A stretch of 64,000 nucleotides of DNA from Escherichia phage JSE, in the sequence record EU863408. The stretch is one strand, 5' to 3'. The translations under genes were made by a program, and so were the position numbers. Positions 36,347-46,319 of this stretch are shown piece by piece (positions within the stretch are counted from its first letter, which is position 1; each line of letters begins with the position of its first letter). The notes under the pieces were generated by a model. It saw only the letters and a list, made by a program, of their open reading frames with translations. It did no database searches and was not told where the DNA came from.

Positions 36347-36798
36347 TATTTCTCCTTCGGTTTGCACCGTTCCTCATTAAGTTCTTTGCGATAATAACAC
36401 ATGATCAACTTACTTTCAAGTGTATATCTCTTAATATCAGCCAACCAGACTCTAAATTTTTGGGAGTCCTCCCACGACATAGAAACTCTAGGTTTACCGT
36501 CTATTGTATCCACTTTCAGGTCAATGTCAACTTTTTCTATTGGTGCTGGTAGTGGAGGATGTAATTTCGGTTCCTGTGAATAATGGTCCATTGTACACGA
36601 AGAAAGAGCAAATACAATAGGTACAGCGAAGACATGGATTATGGCGGTCTGAAAATTCTTATGTGCTTTCTTAAACAACCAGTGTATCACGAAAATTGAA
36701 AACACCATAAGGATAATAATGCTTGCACCTATCCCCAGATAATCAACCAGATTAAAATTGCTTATCTGCTCTTGCGTAGGCAATATTTCTATGCTCAT
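36346..36798 (-). CDS. membrane protein
   Basis: N-terminal transmembrane helix. Confidence 0.5.
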   Translation of the reverse strand: MSIEILPTQEQISNFNLVDYLGIGASIIILMVFSIFVIHWLFKKAHKNFQTAIIHVFAVPIVFALSSCTMDHYSQEPKLHPPLPAPIEKVDIDLKVDTIDGKPRVSMSWEDSQKFRVWLADIKRYTLESKLIMCYYRKELNEERCKPKEK

Positions 36799-37118
36799 TT
36801 AGTAGCCTCCTTTAATTCTTCGGTAAACTCCTTAAATGAATCATTAAGCTGTTTCTCTACCAACTTGGGTTTTTGTGCTACTACATAGCCTCGTGTAGCG
36901 TCTTTCATTGCTTTGTTTTGTTCTTCTGCAAACTTAGTTCTTATTCCGTACATCTCCTTTTGTAGTGAGTCTACGACCTTCATCTTTTCATCTGTCTTTT
37001 TCTTATACTCTGTAAATTCCTGATTTAATCGGTCCACCTCCTTTTTATTTTCCCACCACATATTGCCACCTACCCCCAGCAACACAGATATGATAACAAT
37101 GTATATCAGCTTTGACAT
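36795..37118 (-). CDS. membrane-anchored coiled-coil protein
   Basis: Start placed at MSKLIY; the longer track ORF would read through the rnlA terminator hairpin. Confidence 0.45.
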   Translation of the reverse strand: MSKLIYIVIISVLLGVGGNMWWENKKEVDRLNQEFTEYKKKTDEKMKVVDSLQKEMYGIRTKFAEEQNKAMKDATRGYVVAQKPKLVEKQLNDSFKEFTEELKEATK

Positions 37119-37129
37119 ATTACCCCCAA

Positions 37130-37156
37130 CGACAAAAGGCGGGGAACTAGCCCCGC
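37130..37156 (-). terminator. terminator after rnlA
   Basis: GCGGGGC-TAGTT-CCCCGC hairpin then T-run on minus strand. Confidence 0.55.
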
Positions 37157-37162
37157 TTATTA

Positions 37163-38347
37163 TTACCAATCAATCTTATCAGCCGGAATCAGTTTCTTAT
37201 AATTCCGTAGATAGTAAGTTTTCATTGAAGCCAGAATACGGTCATAATCAAGACCATCAAATGCAATCATCAGACACATGAAAATATATGATTGTGCATC
37301 ACCATGTTTACGTGATTCGATAGTCGCATTGGATGCATATGTCTTTCTGTCTTCTCCCGCGTGTGCGTTATAAAATTCTGTTGCTGTCGTAAAGGCATTG
37401 CGAAGAATGGACCTGAATGCTTCCTCGAATAGCTCAATTCGTTCCAGTGCTTCCGGTTCGCCTTCATATGCAGCACGCAAATCATCGGTTTCGCTTTCTA
37501 CGACATAGTAGATCAGGTTATTAGGAAACATCGATGTGTTTTTAATGTTATGCACACCAATATACCATTCACTCTTCACCTTGAACATTTGACCGTCTTT
37601 AGTGCGTGCAACAATTCCTTCGATACCTTCTGCGGTCCGAACTTCATCAAGAATATTGCTAAAACGCGCTGAATCAACCTGTAACGCATTTACCAGATGA
37701 GGACGTAGGATTGCGTCAGCAAATAGCATTTGATGCGGTACGTACTCTCCTGTGACGTTATGGCGTACATTCAGAAGTGTTAGCGACGGTTCAGAATATT
37801 CTACAACAATTCGGTTGCTGGGTGCTGTATATTCAAAGTTGAAAGTATAATCAGACCCAATATCGGCGATCTTAGCGCGTAGATCCGCATACTTCTCTGA
37901 ATACAGAAGACCGTTTGCTCTCTCTGCCTGGCTTGAGTACAAGGCCGCTTTAGACTTCAACTGAACATAGCCGTTATCAATGTATGTGCTTACTAGACTA
38001 CCGTCCATTTTGTCCATGACCATTTCCACATCTTCCGGCTTAAAGCGAGCGCGATCATTCTCACCCAAATTAAAAAACTTCTCCATAGGACGAGATGCAA
38101 TGCGGACAGGTCGGTCTTTATCATCGATTTCAAACATGATCCCGCGACACTCTAACGCATCTGGTTTATTCCACATTTCCGGTTTGCTCAAGTACAGATA
38201 ACTAAAAATGCGCATACGGGTTTGCATCGCCGTAATTTCATCTTTGTAATAGAACGTATCAGATCCGTCACATAGTGCCATCAGATTTTTGAACAATGCT
38301 AAAACTTTTTTTGTTGTTTTCTTTTGTTGACATAATTTGTGTTCCAT
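37163..38347 (-). CDS. rnlA: RNA ligase 1
   Basis: Colinear with T4 Rnl1 (PDALECRGIMFE, RIASRPMEKFFNL). Confidence 0.9.
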   Translation of the reverse strand: MEHKLCQQKKTTKKVLALFKNLMALCDGSDTFYYKDEITAMQTRMRIFSYLYLSKPEMWNKPDALECRGIMFEIDDKDRPVRIASRPMEKFFNLGENDRARFKPEDVEMVMDKMDGSLVSTYIDNGYVQLKSKAALYSSQAERANGLLYSEKYADLRAKIADIGSDYTFNFEYTAPSNRIVVEYSEPSLTLLNVRHNVTGEYVPHQMLFADAILRPHLVNALQVDSARFSNILDEVRTAEGIEGIVARTKDGQMFKVKSEWYIGVHNIKNTSMFPNNLIYYVVESETDDLRAAYEGEPEALERIELFEEAFRSILRNAFTTATEFYNAHAGEDRKTYASNATIESRKHGDAQSYIFMCLMIAFDGLDYDRILASMKTYYLRNYKKLIPADKIDW

Positions 38348-38730
38348 TCTGGTTTAAATTTGGTGATCAAAACAGGTTCTTCGATATCGGCAGTGCTTAT
38401 AATATCTTTACCCGTTGGATTCTCGATGTACAACTCAAAGCATTGGCGGTAATAGAATGTTACTGTCTTACCTTCCTCTAGCGCCTTATGAATATTCTTA
38501 CTCTTGCGAGTATCCGCTGTTGGTGTTTGTCTGTTAATGCTCGTCCGGTAATAATTGATCCGCTTTCTGAGATTAACAGTCTGACCAATGTATACCAGTT
38601 CATCATCAACCACAATAGCGTAAAGAACATTTAAACGGTTTTTCTGAGGCGGTAGAATCACATCACCATCTTTACACTCTAAACATGAATATTTAACGAA
38701 TCCATAGTTTTCTATTAGCTCATTAATCAT
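38299..38730 (-). CDS. GIY-YIG nuclease domain protein
   Basis: VLYAIVVDDELVYIGQTVNLRKRINYY matches the GIY-YIG core; only 143 aa. Confidence 0.55.
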   Translation of the reverse strand: MINELIENYGFVKYSCLECKDGDVILPPQKNRLNVLYAIVVDDELVYIGQTVNLRKRINYYRTSINRQTPTADTRKSKNIHKALEEGKTVTFYYRQCFELYIENPTGKDIISTADIEEPVLITKFKPEWNTNYVNKRKQQKKF

Positions 38731-38749
38731 TATCCTTTCCTCACGTCAC

Positions 38750-38773
38750 AACAAAGGCGGGATTTCTCCCGCC
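38750..38773 (-). terminator. rho-independent terminator
   Basis: GGCGGGA-GAAA-TCCCGCC hairpin then T-run on minus strand. Confidence 0.55.
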
Positions 38774-38780
38774 CACCTTA

Positions 38781-39179
38781 TTAACTTTCCAGAATATCGC
38801 GAGCTTCGTTACGCTCCTTGATGATTTTCAGGACAAATTCCAGTTTTTCTTTGTTCAGTGTTCCGTTTTCCATTGCTTCTTTGACGGTAAACACTCCGCC
38901 ACCTTGCCCGTATACAGTGACAGTGATTTCACCTAACATCGTGGTATGAAAACCGCCAATTTTCGGTGATTCGAAAGAAACAATCACCTCACGGATAGTA
39001 TTGCCATCGTTGATTTCTTCCAGCGTAATATCGCTTTTGTAAGCGGTTGCTTTAACCATACGGATCAGCATAGTCTGATCTGGGGAGATGGTCATTTTGT
39101 CCATTGCATGTTGCAATGCAGCGTAACCGAAAACTTTAACGAAGTCCAGAACGTCTTTGCGAGTTTGAAATTTAATCAT
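38781..39179 (-). CDS. hypothetical protein
   Basis: 132 aa ORF with promoter cassette at 39220-39249. Confidence 0.5.
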   Translation of the reverse strand: MIKFQTRKDVLDFVKVFGYAALQHAMDKMTISPDQTMLIRMVKATAYKSDITLEEINDGNTIREVIVSFESPKIGGFHTTMLGEITVTVYGQGGGVFTVKEAMENGTLNKEKLEFVLKIIKERNEARDILES

Positions 39180-39219
39180 CTTGATACTCCTTAGTAAGTT
39201 AGTTTCGTTTCGATGGGGT

Positions 39220-39249
39220 ATCTTACTACCCCCGTTTCAGGCTGTCAAC
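39220..39249 (-). promoter_or_regulatory. early promoter cassette, weak -10
   Basis: TTGACA plus GGGGGTAGTAAGATACCCC palindrome. Confidence 0.4.
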
Positions 39250-39467
39250 TACTTTTTAATGACAAGTTCGAATTTTGCTACCTTACGTCCTCGTTTATTG
39301 AAAGCAACCCACGGACGGTTTTCAATGTAGAACAATTCTTCGCCAATAATGAATACTGGCTGATTGTAAAGGCGACCCATCAGGTCACGCTGGCGAATGG
39401 TAGTAGATTCGTATACTTCGCCTACTACAAAGTGTTTGCTGATAGAGTCGGTGCAAGTAAATTTCAT
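39249..39467 (-). CDS. hypothetical protein
   Basis: 72 aa ORF with promoter cassette at 39501-39530. Confidence 0.45.
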   Translation of the reverse strand: MKFTCTDSISKHFVVGEVYESTTIRQRDLMGRLYNQPVFIIGEELFYIENRPWVAFNKRGRKVAKFELVIKK

Positions 39468-39500
39468 TTTGATTCTCCTGTGTTTCGTTTCGATGGGGGT

Positions 39501-39530
39501 ATCTTACTACCCCCCGCTATTCAGTGTCAA
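39501..39530 (-). promoter_or_regulatory. early promoter cassette, weak -10
   Basis: TTGACA plus GGGGGGTAGTAAGATACCCCC palindrome. Confidence 0.4.
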
Positions 39531-39537
39531 CTACTTT

Positions 39538-39756
39538 TTACTTGTTGTATTCATTCCACCATTGAGTGAGCTTATCAATTATTTTTGTGTTTCTATCCAA
39601 CTTATCCCACCGTTTTCGAGGGTTTATCAACCGGAATAGGTAAGGTGTACTTGTTAAGTGAACTCGGTCACTGTAGTGATTGATGTACTGCTTTTCAATT
39701 CTAAGTTTCATCTTTTTACGATGAAAATATGCAATGACTTGTTCTTCTGTTTCCAT
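39538..39756 (-). CDS. hypothetical protein
   Basis: 72 aa ORF with promoter cassette at 39781-39809. Confidence 0.45.
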   Translation of the reverse strand: METEEQVIAYFHRKKMKLRIEKQYINHYSDRVHLTSTPYLFRLINPRKRWDKLDRNTKIIDKLTQWWNEYNK

Positions 39757-39780
39757 ATGTTCCTCCGTTTCGATGTGCGT

Positions 39781-39809
39781 ATTATGCTATGGTAAGATCC
39801 GATTGTCAA
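39781..39809 (-). promoter_or_regulatory. early promoter (TTGACA-N17-CATAAT)
   Basis: Precedes ORF 39538..39756. Confidence 0.5.
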
Positions 39810-39857
39810 CACCCAATAACAAAAAAAGTCGCCACTATGGGCGACTTTGAACAAACA

Positions 39858-40334
39858 TTAATCATGACCGTGATTTGCAATATCCGCTCGTGTCGTGTCT
39901 TTGTGATTACCTACGTCAAAGACACGATAACCATTTTCACGAAGAACTTTAATCACTTCTGGGTTATCCTCAAAGACTCCGACAACTTCATCTTTATCAA
40001 AGGATTTAATTACCTCTAATTTGATGTGATAGTCTTTACGGGAATCATTGCGACCTCTCATAAAGATTTTATCGAAACACACATCATTAGCGATCAACCA
40101 TTCCACCGTTTCCATGTAAGCATGTGAACTTCGTCCGGTGAGGATGTAAATCAAATGCCCGTTGTCGGAAAGAGCATTGATAACACGGATTACATCGTAA
40201 ATGGGGGAATCTCCCCCACATGCCTTGTTATATTCGATCCATGACTCGACTTTATCAAGATTTTCGGTTGGCATCTTTGCTAGTCGATGTGTTGGATCTG
40301 TGATCGTAAAATCTAAATCGACAAAATATATCAT
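39858..40334 (-). CDS. HAD-like hydrolase/phosphatase
   Basis: N-terminal VDLDFT resembles HAD motif I; overlaps nrdB 3' end. Confidence 0.4.
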   Translation of the reverse strand: MIYFVDLDFTITDPTHRLAKMPTENLDKVESWIEYNKACGGDSPIYDVIRVINALSDNGHLIYILTGRSSHAYMETVEWLIANDVCFDKIFMRGRNDSRKDYHIKLEVIKSFDKDEVVGVFEDNPEVIKVLRENGYRVFDVGNHKDTTRADIANHGHD

Positions 40335-41497
40335 AGATATTTCCCGAATCGGTTGTAGTCATCGTCTGTTAAATCGGTATTAACCTGAGACACCAGATAC
40401 ATAATCTCTACTTCCTGCGCTGCATTCTGCACTTCGTCAGAGTTTAACCACTTACGCATCCACGGTAAAGGATGACGACGAACACTAAACGGGCTTTTCA
40501 GTCCGGCAGCACGCATACGGGAATCTGCCAGGTATTCTACATAGGTTTTCAGAATTTCCGGTGACAGGTTAGGAATTGCCCCCATTGCGAATAGGTGGTC
40601 TACCCATTCTTTTTCTTGCTCGACAACATCCAGAAAGATTTTCGTTGCTTCGCCTTCAAGTTCTTCCGCAATCTGTTTCCACTCATCACCATCAACCCCC
40701 GTTTGCCATTGACGAATAATGTATTGTGTGCCTTTTAAGTGAAGTTGTTCATCACGCGCAATAAATTTCATGATCTTCGCGTTACCTTCCAGTAAACCAC
40801 GTTCGGCAAAGCTGAAAGTACATGCAAAGGACACATAAAAACGAATTGCTTCCAGTGCGTTGACGCAGTGTGCACACAGATAAATCGAAGCCATCAGATC
40901 TCGTTTTGTATCTTCAAAAAATCTTCTTGCATCATCTAATGCTGTCTGGTCGTCTCGTTCTTCCCAATAGCGGAGATCTTCTTTTGCATTCTCATACTTA
41001 CGAATCCAATAAAGAACATCATCATAATATTTCCCGATAGATTCCGCTCGCTTCATGATAGCAGGGTTATCGATGATCTGGTCGAACTCACTAGCCGGAT
41101 CAATGAAACAGTTACGCATAATGTGTGTATAGCTTCGGCTATGAATCGTTTCGCTGAATGTCCATGTTTGCAACCATGTATCGAGAGTTGGATCAGATAC
41201 AATTGGACCAAATGCTGCGGACGGTGCGCGACCTTGAATAGAATCAAGTAATGTCTGATACTTCAAGTTTTCAGTAAAGAAACGCTTTTCAACGTCACCC
41301 ATATTAAGATATTGAATGCGGTCGGTTGCAAGTGAAATTTCTTCTGGACGCCAGAAAAATGACAGAGATTTTTCAATTAATTCTTCAAATACTTGATGAC
41401 GCTGAATGTCATAACGAGCGATACCTAAACCGCTACCCAGAAACATCGGTTCATTCATAATATCAACGTGTTCACGATTAAATACCGTATTTCCCAT
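40331..41497 (-). CDS. nrdB: ribonucleotide reductase beta subunit
   Basis: 388 aa as T4 NrdB; uninterrupted, so no intron. Confidence 0.9.
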   Translation of the reverse strand: MGNTVFNREHVDIMNEPMFLGSGLGIARYDIQRHQVFEELIEKSLSFFWRPEEISLATDRIQYLNMGDVEKRFFTENLKYQTLLDSIQGRAPSAAFGPIVSDPTLDTWLQTWTFSETIHSRSYTHIMRNCFIDPASEFDQIIDNPAIMKRAESIGKYYDDVLYWIRKYENAKEDLRYWEERDDQTALDDARRFFEDTKRDLMASIYLCAHCVNALEAIRFYVSFACTFSFAERGLLEGNAKIMKFIARDEQLHLKGTQYIIRQWQTGVDGDEWKQIAEELEGEATKIFLDVVEQEKEWVDHLFAMGAIPNLSPEILKTYVEYLADSRMRAAGLKSPFSVRRHPLPWMRKWLNSDEVQNAAQEVEIMYLVSQVNTDLTDDDYNRFGKYL

Positions 41498-42145
41498 TCA
41501 CATATTCCTCATTTTACAGTTATCAAAGTGCCATCGTAGAGCATTGCCTTTATTGGTAATTTTACCGCAATGCGGACAAGGATCTGCCATTGTTGCTTCC
41601 TTTGTCCGTTGTGAAATCAGCTTTCTCATTTCCTCGCTATGTGGTATTCCTTTAGTTGGCGATGGTTTCCCAAACATAGGATTTTTACTTCCCATTCTAG
41701 CTTTTGAAATGTTTAACGCGTGCTCCTTTGTTTTTGGCTTACGCATTTTAGCTTTTGTCTCTTCTGATTTCAATACACCTTTCGAAGATTCGCTAATCTT
41801 TCTTCGCGTTTCTTCTTTCATCGGCTTGCCCTTTCTTTGTTCAGAGATAAGTACCCTAGCTTGTTCATATACCCTAGACGAAACAATATAATCTCTTTTA
41901 TTGGTCTTCGCATTTTTTGCTAAACACATCATACCAAATGCTTGTGCCATAGGTCCACCATGAATTTTGGCCAGCAGATGATGAATCACGAAATGTTCTT
42001 TTGCTGTCAACTCAATCAGGTTATCAACTTCATCACCGCCACCCATAGATCGCGGTAAAATATGATGTGTTTCCTTATATCCTTCAACGGTTCCTCTGAT
42101 CTTTGCTTTTTCTATGATTGCGTCATGTAGTTTTTGTAAGTTCAT
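41498..42145 (-). CDS. mobE: HNH homing endonuclease (MobE-like) with NUMOD3-type repeats
   Basis: HHILPRSMGGGDEVDNLIELTAKEHFVIHH HNH motif; repeated K.S.E..KG tracts; lies between nrdA and nrdB as T4 mobE. Confidence 0.65.
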   Translation of the reverse strand: MNLQKLHDAIIEKAKIRGTVEGYKETHHILPRSMGGGDEVDNLIELTAKEHFVIHHLLAKIHGGPMAQAFGMMCLAKNAKTNKRDYIVSSRVYEQARVLISEQRKGKPMKEETRRKISESSKGVLKSEETKAKMRKPKTKEHALNISKARMGSKNPMFGKPSPTKGIPHSEEMRKLISQRTKEATMADPCPHCGKITNKGNALRWHFDNCKMRNM

Positions 42146-42214
42146 GAATTAATCCTCTTTTCTGTATACCATTATTTATCAGGTATCCAGAAGAAGGATT
42201 AATTCACCTCACTA

Positions 42215-42382
42215 TTATCCGACAACCTCAAAACATTTATCATCAGGAAGAATAGCCCATTCTACGCCGTATTCATCCTCAACGTAGTAGCAAGTCCCAT
42301 CATGTCGAGCATCATATTCATCACCGACAACAAAGCTATCAGCTAGCTCAAAATCTACAGCAACACATTTTAATTTGGTCAT
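42215..42382 (-). CDS. hypothetical small protein (55 aa)
   Basis: Start placed at internal ATG 42382 with GAGG site; promoter cassette at 42414-42442. Confidence 0.4.
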   Translation of the reverse strand: MTKLKCVAVDFELADSFVVGDEYDARHDGTCYYVEDEYGVEWAILPDDKCFEVVG

Positions 42383-42413
42383 AATAAAATCCTCACTTGT
42401 TTTTGATGGTTGT

Positions 42414-42442
42414 ATTATAGCGGGGATTTCTCCCCGCGTCAA
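42414..42442 (-). promoter_or_regulatory. early promoter with stem-loop spacer (TTGACG-N17-TATAAT)
   Basis: Spacer GCGGGGAGAAATCCCCGC. Confidence 0.5.
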
Positions 42443-42450
42443 CACTTATT

Positions 42451-44694
42451 TTACAGCTTGCAAGATGAGCACTCGCTAGCGTCTTCCGTACCATCTGCAC
42501 CGTCGCGAACGTTCGCATAATACAGGGTTTTCAGACCGTAATATTGAGCAAACAACATATCATCTAACACATCAGCAATATCGACTTTACCAGTCTTATA
42601 AGTGCTTGGATCGTATGATGTATTGGAACTAATCGCCTGATCCACAAACTTCTGCATGATCGCTGCCAGTGTGAGATAAGGCTTGTTACCTTTCTTGATC
42701 AGTGTCCAAAGCAGGTCAATAACATCAGCATTATTCTCTACGTTCGGAATAACCTGATTAAATTGCCCTTCTTTCGATCCTTTAACCGATACAATCCCGC
42801 GAGGCGGTTCAATACCGTTTGTGCTGTTAGATACCTGAGAAGACGACTCACAAGGCATCAGCGCCGACAGTGTACTGTTACGAATGCCATATTTTTTCAG
42901 GTCTTCGCGCAGTTCTTCCCAATCCATCTCATACACCGGATCAACCAGTTCATCTACTGTCTTTTTGTACCAGTCGATAGGAAGTTCACCGCGACCATAG
43001 CGTGTTTCGTGCATCAGTTCGCAAGCACCCTTCTCTTTAGCCAGTCGCACACTAGCCTTAATCAGAGCATATTGCAAGCGTTCAAACGTTTTATGCGTAA
43101 ACTCGTTAGCGTCTTCATATGTGAAGAAATTATCTGCTAGATATGATGCAAAGTTAGTCACACCAACACCCAGAGAGCGACGTTTTTTGGCTGTCAGAGC
43201 TTGTTCTACAGGATAATCCTGATAATCTAACAGGTTGTCAAGTGCACGCACCATAACCATAGCAATGCGTTCTACTTCTTCCATATTTTCGATATCGAAA
43301 TTACCTAAAACATATGCTGCCAAAGTACATAGGCTAATTTCTGAATCATCACGACCCATCGGTTTTGTAGGCAGAGCAATTTCACAACACAGGTTAGATT
43401 GTTTAATCGGTGCTACATTACGAATAAACGCCCCGTGATTGTTCATGTTGTCTGTGAACGTTGGGTAGATTCGACCAGTGTTAAAACGTTCAATTGCCAC
43501 CGCTAAAAACAGGTCTTCGGCTTTAACACGAGTTTTACGAACACTCGGATCTTTTTCCAGTTTTTCGTAAAGCTGGCGGAAACCTTCCTCGTCTCGGAAG
43601 TACAGATCCCACAACAAGCCACCCGCAACATCTGGACTAAACAGAGTAATGTAATCCCGTTTAAGGAATCGCTCTACCATCAGGTTATTAATCTGTACGC
43701 CGTAATCAAGATGACGAATGCGGTTATCTTCCACCCCCTTATTGTTCTTTAACACAATCAGACTTTCAAACTCTAAATGCCATATTGGGTAATAGAGAGT
43801 CGCCGCCCCGCCACGAATGCCGCCTTGTGAGCATGACTTAACGGCCGTCTGAAAATGTTTCCAGAATGGGATAACGCCAGTATGACGAACTTCACCATGC
43901 CCGATCTTAGATCCTTCCGCGCGAATCATGCCAGCGTTGATACCGATACCAGCACGCTTGCTAATATACTTGATGATTGCATTTGCTGTTTCGTTGATGC
44001 CCTGCAATGAGTCATCACTTTCGATCACCACACACGAACTAAATTGGCGTGTTGGGGTACGCACACCTGCCATAATCGGAGTAGGTAGAGAGATTTGCTT
44101 ATTCGCAACAGCATTATAAAAATCAATCACATGTTCAAGTCGATTTTCTGTCTCTTCTTGATGCAAGCACATACCGATCAGCATATACGCAAATTGTGGT
44201 GTTTCGATGATTTTCTTAGTGCTGCGATCCTGAACAAGATATTTCTCTTTTAACTGCATCGCACCAGCATAGGTCATTTTAAAATCAAGTTTATGGTCGA
44301 TGAATTTCTCCAGATATTCCACTTCTTCATGGGAATACTTTTGCAGAATTTCGCGATCATATTTTCCGGTTGCAATATTACGCTCAATATGGCTGTAAAA
44401 ATCAATCGGTTGGAATTGACCGTATACTGATTTGCGAAGCGCGAACATTGCAAGGTTACTTGCTACATATTGATAATCGGGTGTTTCTACAGTAATGTTA
44501 TCTGCTGCGACCTTAATCAATACTTTCTGGATATCGTTGGTAGACATACCTTCTGTCAGAAGTGGTTCAACCATATCAAACAATTCATATGGATCAACGT
44601 TATGACCTTCGGCTGCCGCTTCCAGAATTTTCATTACTTTTTCTTTTTCAAACGGAACAGTCAGACCGGAAGACTTAACAACATTTTTAATCAT
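42451..44694 (-). CDS. nrdA: ribonucleotide reductase alpha subunit
   Basis: 747 aa; ATP-cone N-terminus; class I RNR large-subunit size, adjacent to nrdB. Confidence 0.95.
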   Translation of the reverse strand: MIKNVVKSSGLTVPFEKEKVMKILEAAAEGHNVDPYELFDMVEPLLTEGMSTNDIQKVLIKVAADNITVETPDYQYVASNLAMFALRKSVYGQFQPIDFYSHIERNIATGKYDREILQKYSHEEVEYLEKFIDHKLDFKMTYAGAMQLKEKYLVQDRSTKKIIETPQFAYMLIGMCLHQEETENRLEHVIDFYNAVANKQISLPTPIMAGVRTPTRQFSSCVVIESDDSLQGINETANAIIKYISKRAGIGINAGMIRAEGSKIGHGEVRHTGVIPFWKHFQTAVKSCSQGGIRGGAATLYYPIWHLEFESLIVLKNNKGVEDNRIRHLDYGVQINNLMVERFLKRDYITLFSPDVAGGLLWDLYFRDEEGFRQLYEKLEKDPSVRKTRVKAEDLFLAVAIERFNTGRIYPTFTDNMNNHGAFIRNVAPIKQSNLCCEIALPTKPMGRDDSEISLCTLAAYVLGNFDIENMEEVERIAMVMVRALDNLLDYQDYPVEQALTAKKRRSLGVGVTNFASYLADNFFTYEDANEFTHKTFERLQYALIKASVRLAKEKGACELMHETRYGRGELPIDWYKKTVDELVDPVYEMDWEELREDLKKYGIRNSTLSALMPCESSSQVSNSTNGIEPPRGIVSVKGSKEGQFNQVIPNVENNADVIDLLWTLIKKGNKPYLTLAAIMQKFVDQAISSNTSYDPSTYKTGKVDIADVLDDMLFAQYYGLKTLYYANVRDGADGTEDASECSSCKL

Positions 44695-44761
44695 ATTACC
44701 TCACTTCATATTTTAGCAGGAACAAGTTTATCCTCCATATTGGGGGCTTTCGCCCCCTTTG

Positions 44762-45985
44762 TTATACTGCCATTTGAGCGGTGATCGCTGGATGGCTTTG
44801 ATAGTTGTGAATTTTAAAATCTTTCGGAGTCTTTGTCAATACCTCATCTAAAGATTTAAATTCCGGCAACTCAATTATTGGTTTATCAAACGGAACACGG
44901 CTTAACTGTTCCATAACTTGATCAAAATGGTTTTTGTAAATGTGGCAATCCCCACACTGATAAACCAGTTCGCCAACTTCTAATCCGCAAATCTTCGCGA
45001 TGATATGCGTTAACAGTGCATAGCTCGCTACGTTGAACGGATTCCCTAAAAAGAGATCATTCGAACGCATGAAAAATAAACAACTCAATTTGTTGTCGTT
45101 GGAAACATAAAACTGTACCATCGGATGACATACACCTAACACAGCATTATGCGTTTCCTGTACGTTCCATGAATCAATGATAATACGACGACTATATGGA
45201 TCATTCTTGATCATGTCAATAACTTTTTGTAACTGGTCTTCCCAAATCTTCGGGCGATAGACATATTCTTCATCGTCTTTAGTGCTTGATGTGTCTACGT
45301 CCATACTAACAAACATCGTGGTATCCGGTGCTATAATATCCCCACCCAGATAATCACTATCAAGCAGATAACCGAAATAACCATCATCTACCCATTCCTG
45401 GAATCCCCACAAGCAATATGCATCATTAACAAAATTAGATTGAGTCTTCCAGTGGTCTGCTACCAGAATATAATCAAACTCTTCATAACGCATACCACGC
45501 CAGATAGCACATAAACGGTCTTCTGTTTCATTGGTTGGTGTAAAGTCTTCTACCCACGGGTGCTTAAATGTATGTGTATATTTGCTCTTAACGCGCTTAA
45601 TTTTGATTTCACCGTGTGGATGAATCGGTTTTCGTCGCCATGCCATACCATACATATTACCGACATTATAACCATTGAATCGCAAGGGATTCTTTTCTTT
45701 CATATCAAGACAGTTGCCGCGCCAAATATCAAAGGCTTCCTCGTCAAACTTGCCGCGTGTAATTTCCTGTAAGCGACGGCGGTCAAGTGATCCCTCCATA
45801 AACCATAGCAATTCGCCAATTACAGAGGCTGTAGCCATCTTTTTAGTGGTCAGTAAGGGGAAACCCTTGCTTAAATCAATTCGCATTTCTGCACCGAATT
45901 TAGAGAGCGTACCTACCCCAGTTCGGTCTTCACGAGGCCAGCCATTATCAAGAACATCACGCAATAGTTTCAAATATTCTTTCAT
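44762..45985 (-). CDS. td: thymidylate synthase with roughly 120 aa internal insertion
   Basis: ThyA motifs (RTGVGT, VCHPMVQFYV, DPYSRRIII); 407 aa versus about 264-290 aa for typical ThyA/Td. Confidence 0.85.
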   Translation of the reverse strand: MKEYLKLLRDVLDNGWPREDRTGVGTLSKFGAEMRIDLSKGFPLLTTKKMATASVIGELLWFMEGSLDRRRLQEITRGKFDEEAFDIWRGNCLDMKEKNPLRFNGYNVGNMYGMAWRRKPIHPHGEIKIKRVKSKYTHTFKHPWVEDFTPTNETEDRLCAIWRGMRYEEFDYILVADHWKTQSNFVNDAYCLWGFQEWVDDGYFGYLLDSDYLGGDIIAPDTTMFVSMDVDTSSTKDDEEYVYRPKIWEDQLQKVIDMIKNDPYSRRIIIDSWNVQETHNAVLGVCHPMVQFYVSNDNKLSCLFFMRSNDLFLGNPFNVASYALLTHIIAKICGLEVGELVYQCGDCHIYKNHFDQVMEQLSRVPFDKPIIELPEFKSLDEVLTKTPKDFKIHNYQSHPAITAQMAV

Positions 45986-46226
45986 CCCACACCACCTTTT
46001 TCTTATTGATTGCTTTCTTACGCAGTTTTGCTACTGTCTCGTCAATGTCTATAAAGATAACACCACGGTCGAATACAGTTGCAGGTCTTGAGATATCGCT
46101 ATTTTCTTGCACAGGAAGCCATGATGCGCTCGCTTCATCATAGAGATATTGTAAACCGTAATAATCTACGGCTACTGCGTAGTTTTCACTGGTAGCCGTC
46201 CATAATTGAATAATACCGACTTTCAT
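45957..46226 (-). CDS. hypothetical protein
   Basis: Start placed at MKVGIIQLW, overlapping the stop of the upstream small ORF (TAATG). Confidence 0.4.
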   Translation of the reverse strand: MKVGIIQLWTATSENYAVAVDYYGLQYLYDEASASWLPVQENSDISRPATVFDRGVIFIDIDETVAKLRKKAINKKKVVWDERIFETIA

Positions 46227-46318
46227 TATTGTTCCCGTCCACAATGTAAACACCGACTACCAGCAAACATCAAAGATTCACCACAATGTTTGCACTCATA
46301 ATCTGTCAGAATTTTCAT
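46226..46318 (-). CDS. hypothetical zinc-ribbon mini-protein (30 aa)
   Basis: MKILTDYECKHCGESLMFAGSRCLHCGREQ; packed between frd stop and next start; not in track. Confidence 0.3.
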   Translation of the reverse strand: MKILTDYECKHCGESLMFAGSRCLHCGREQ

Positions 46319-46319
46319 G

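Noticed and set aside
44762-45985. Group I intron or intein in td, and an intron in nrdB
   Set aside because: Both ORFs are open in frame across their whole length, and the td insertion lacks intein boundary residues; reported as a protein insertion instead
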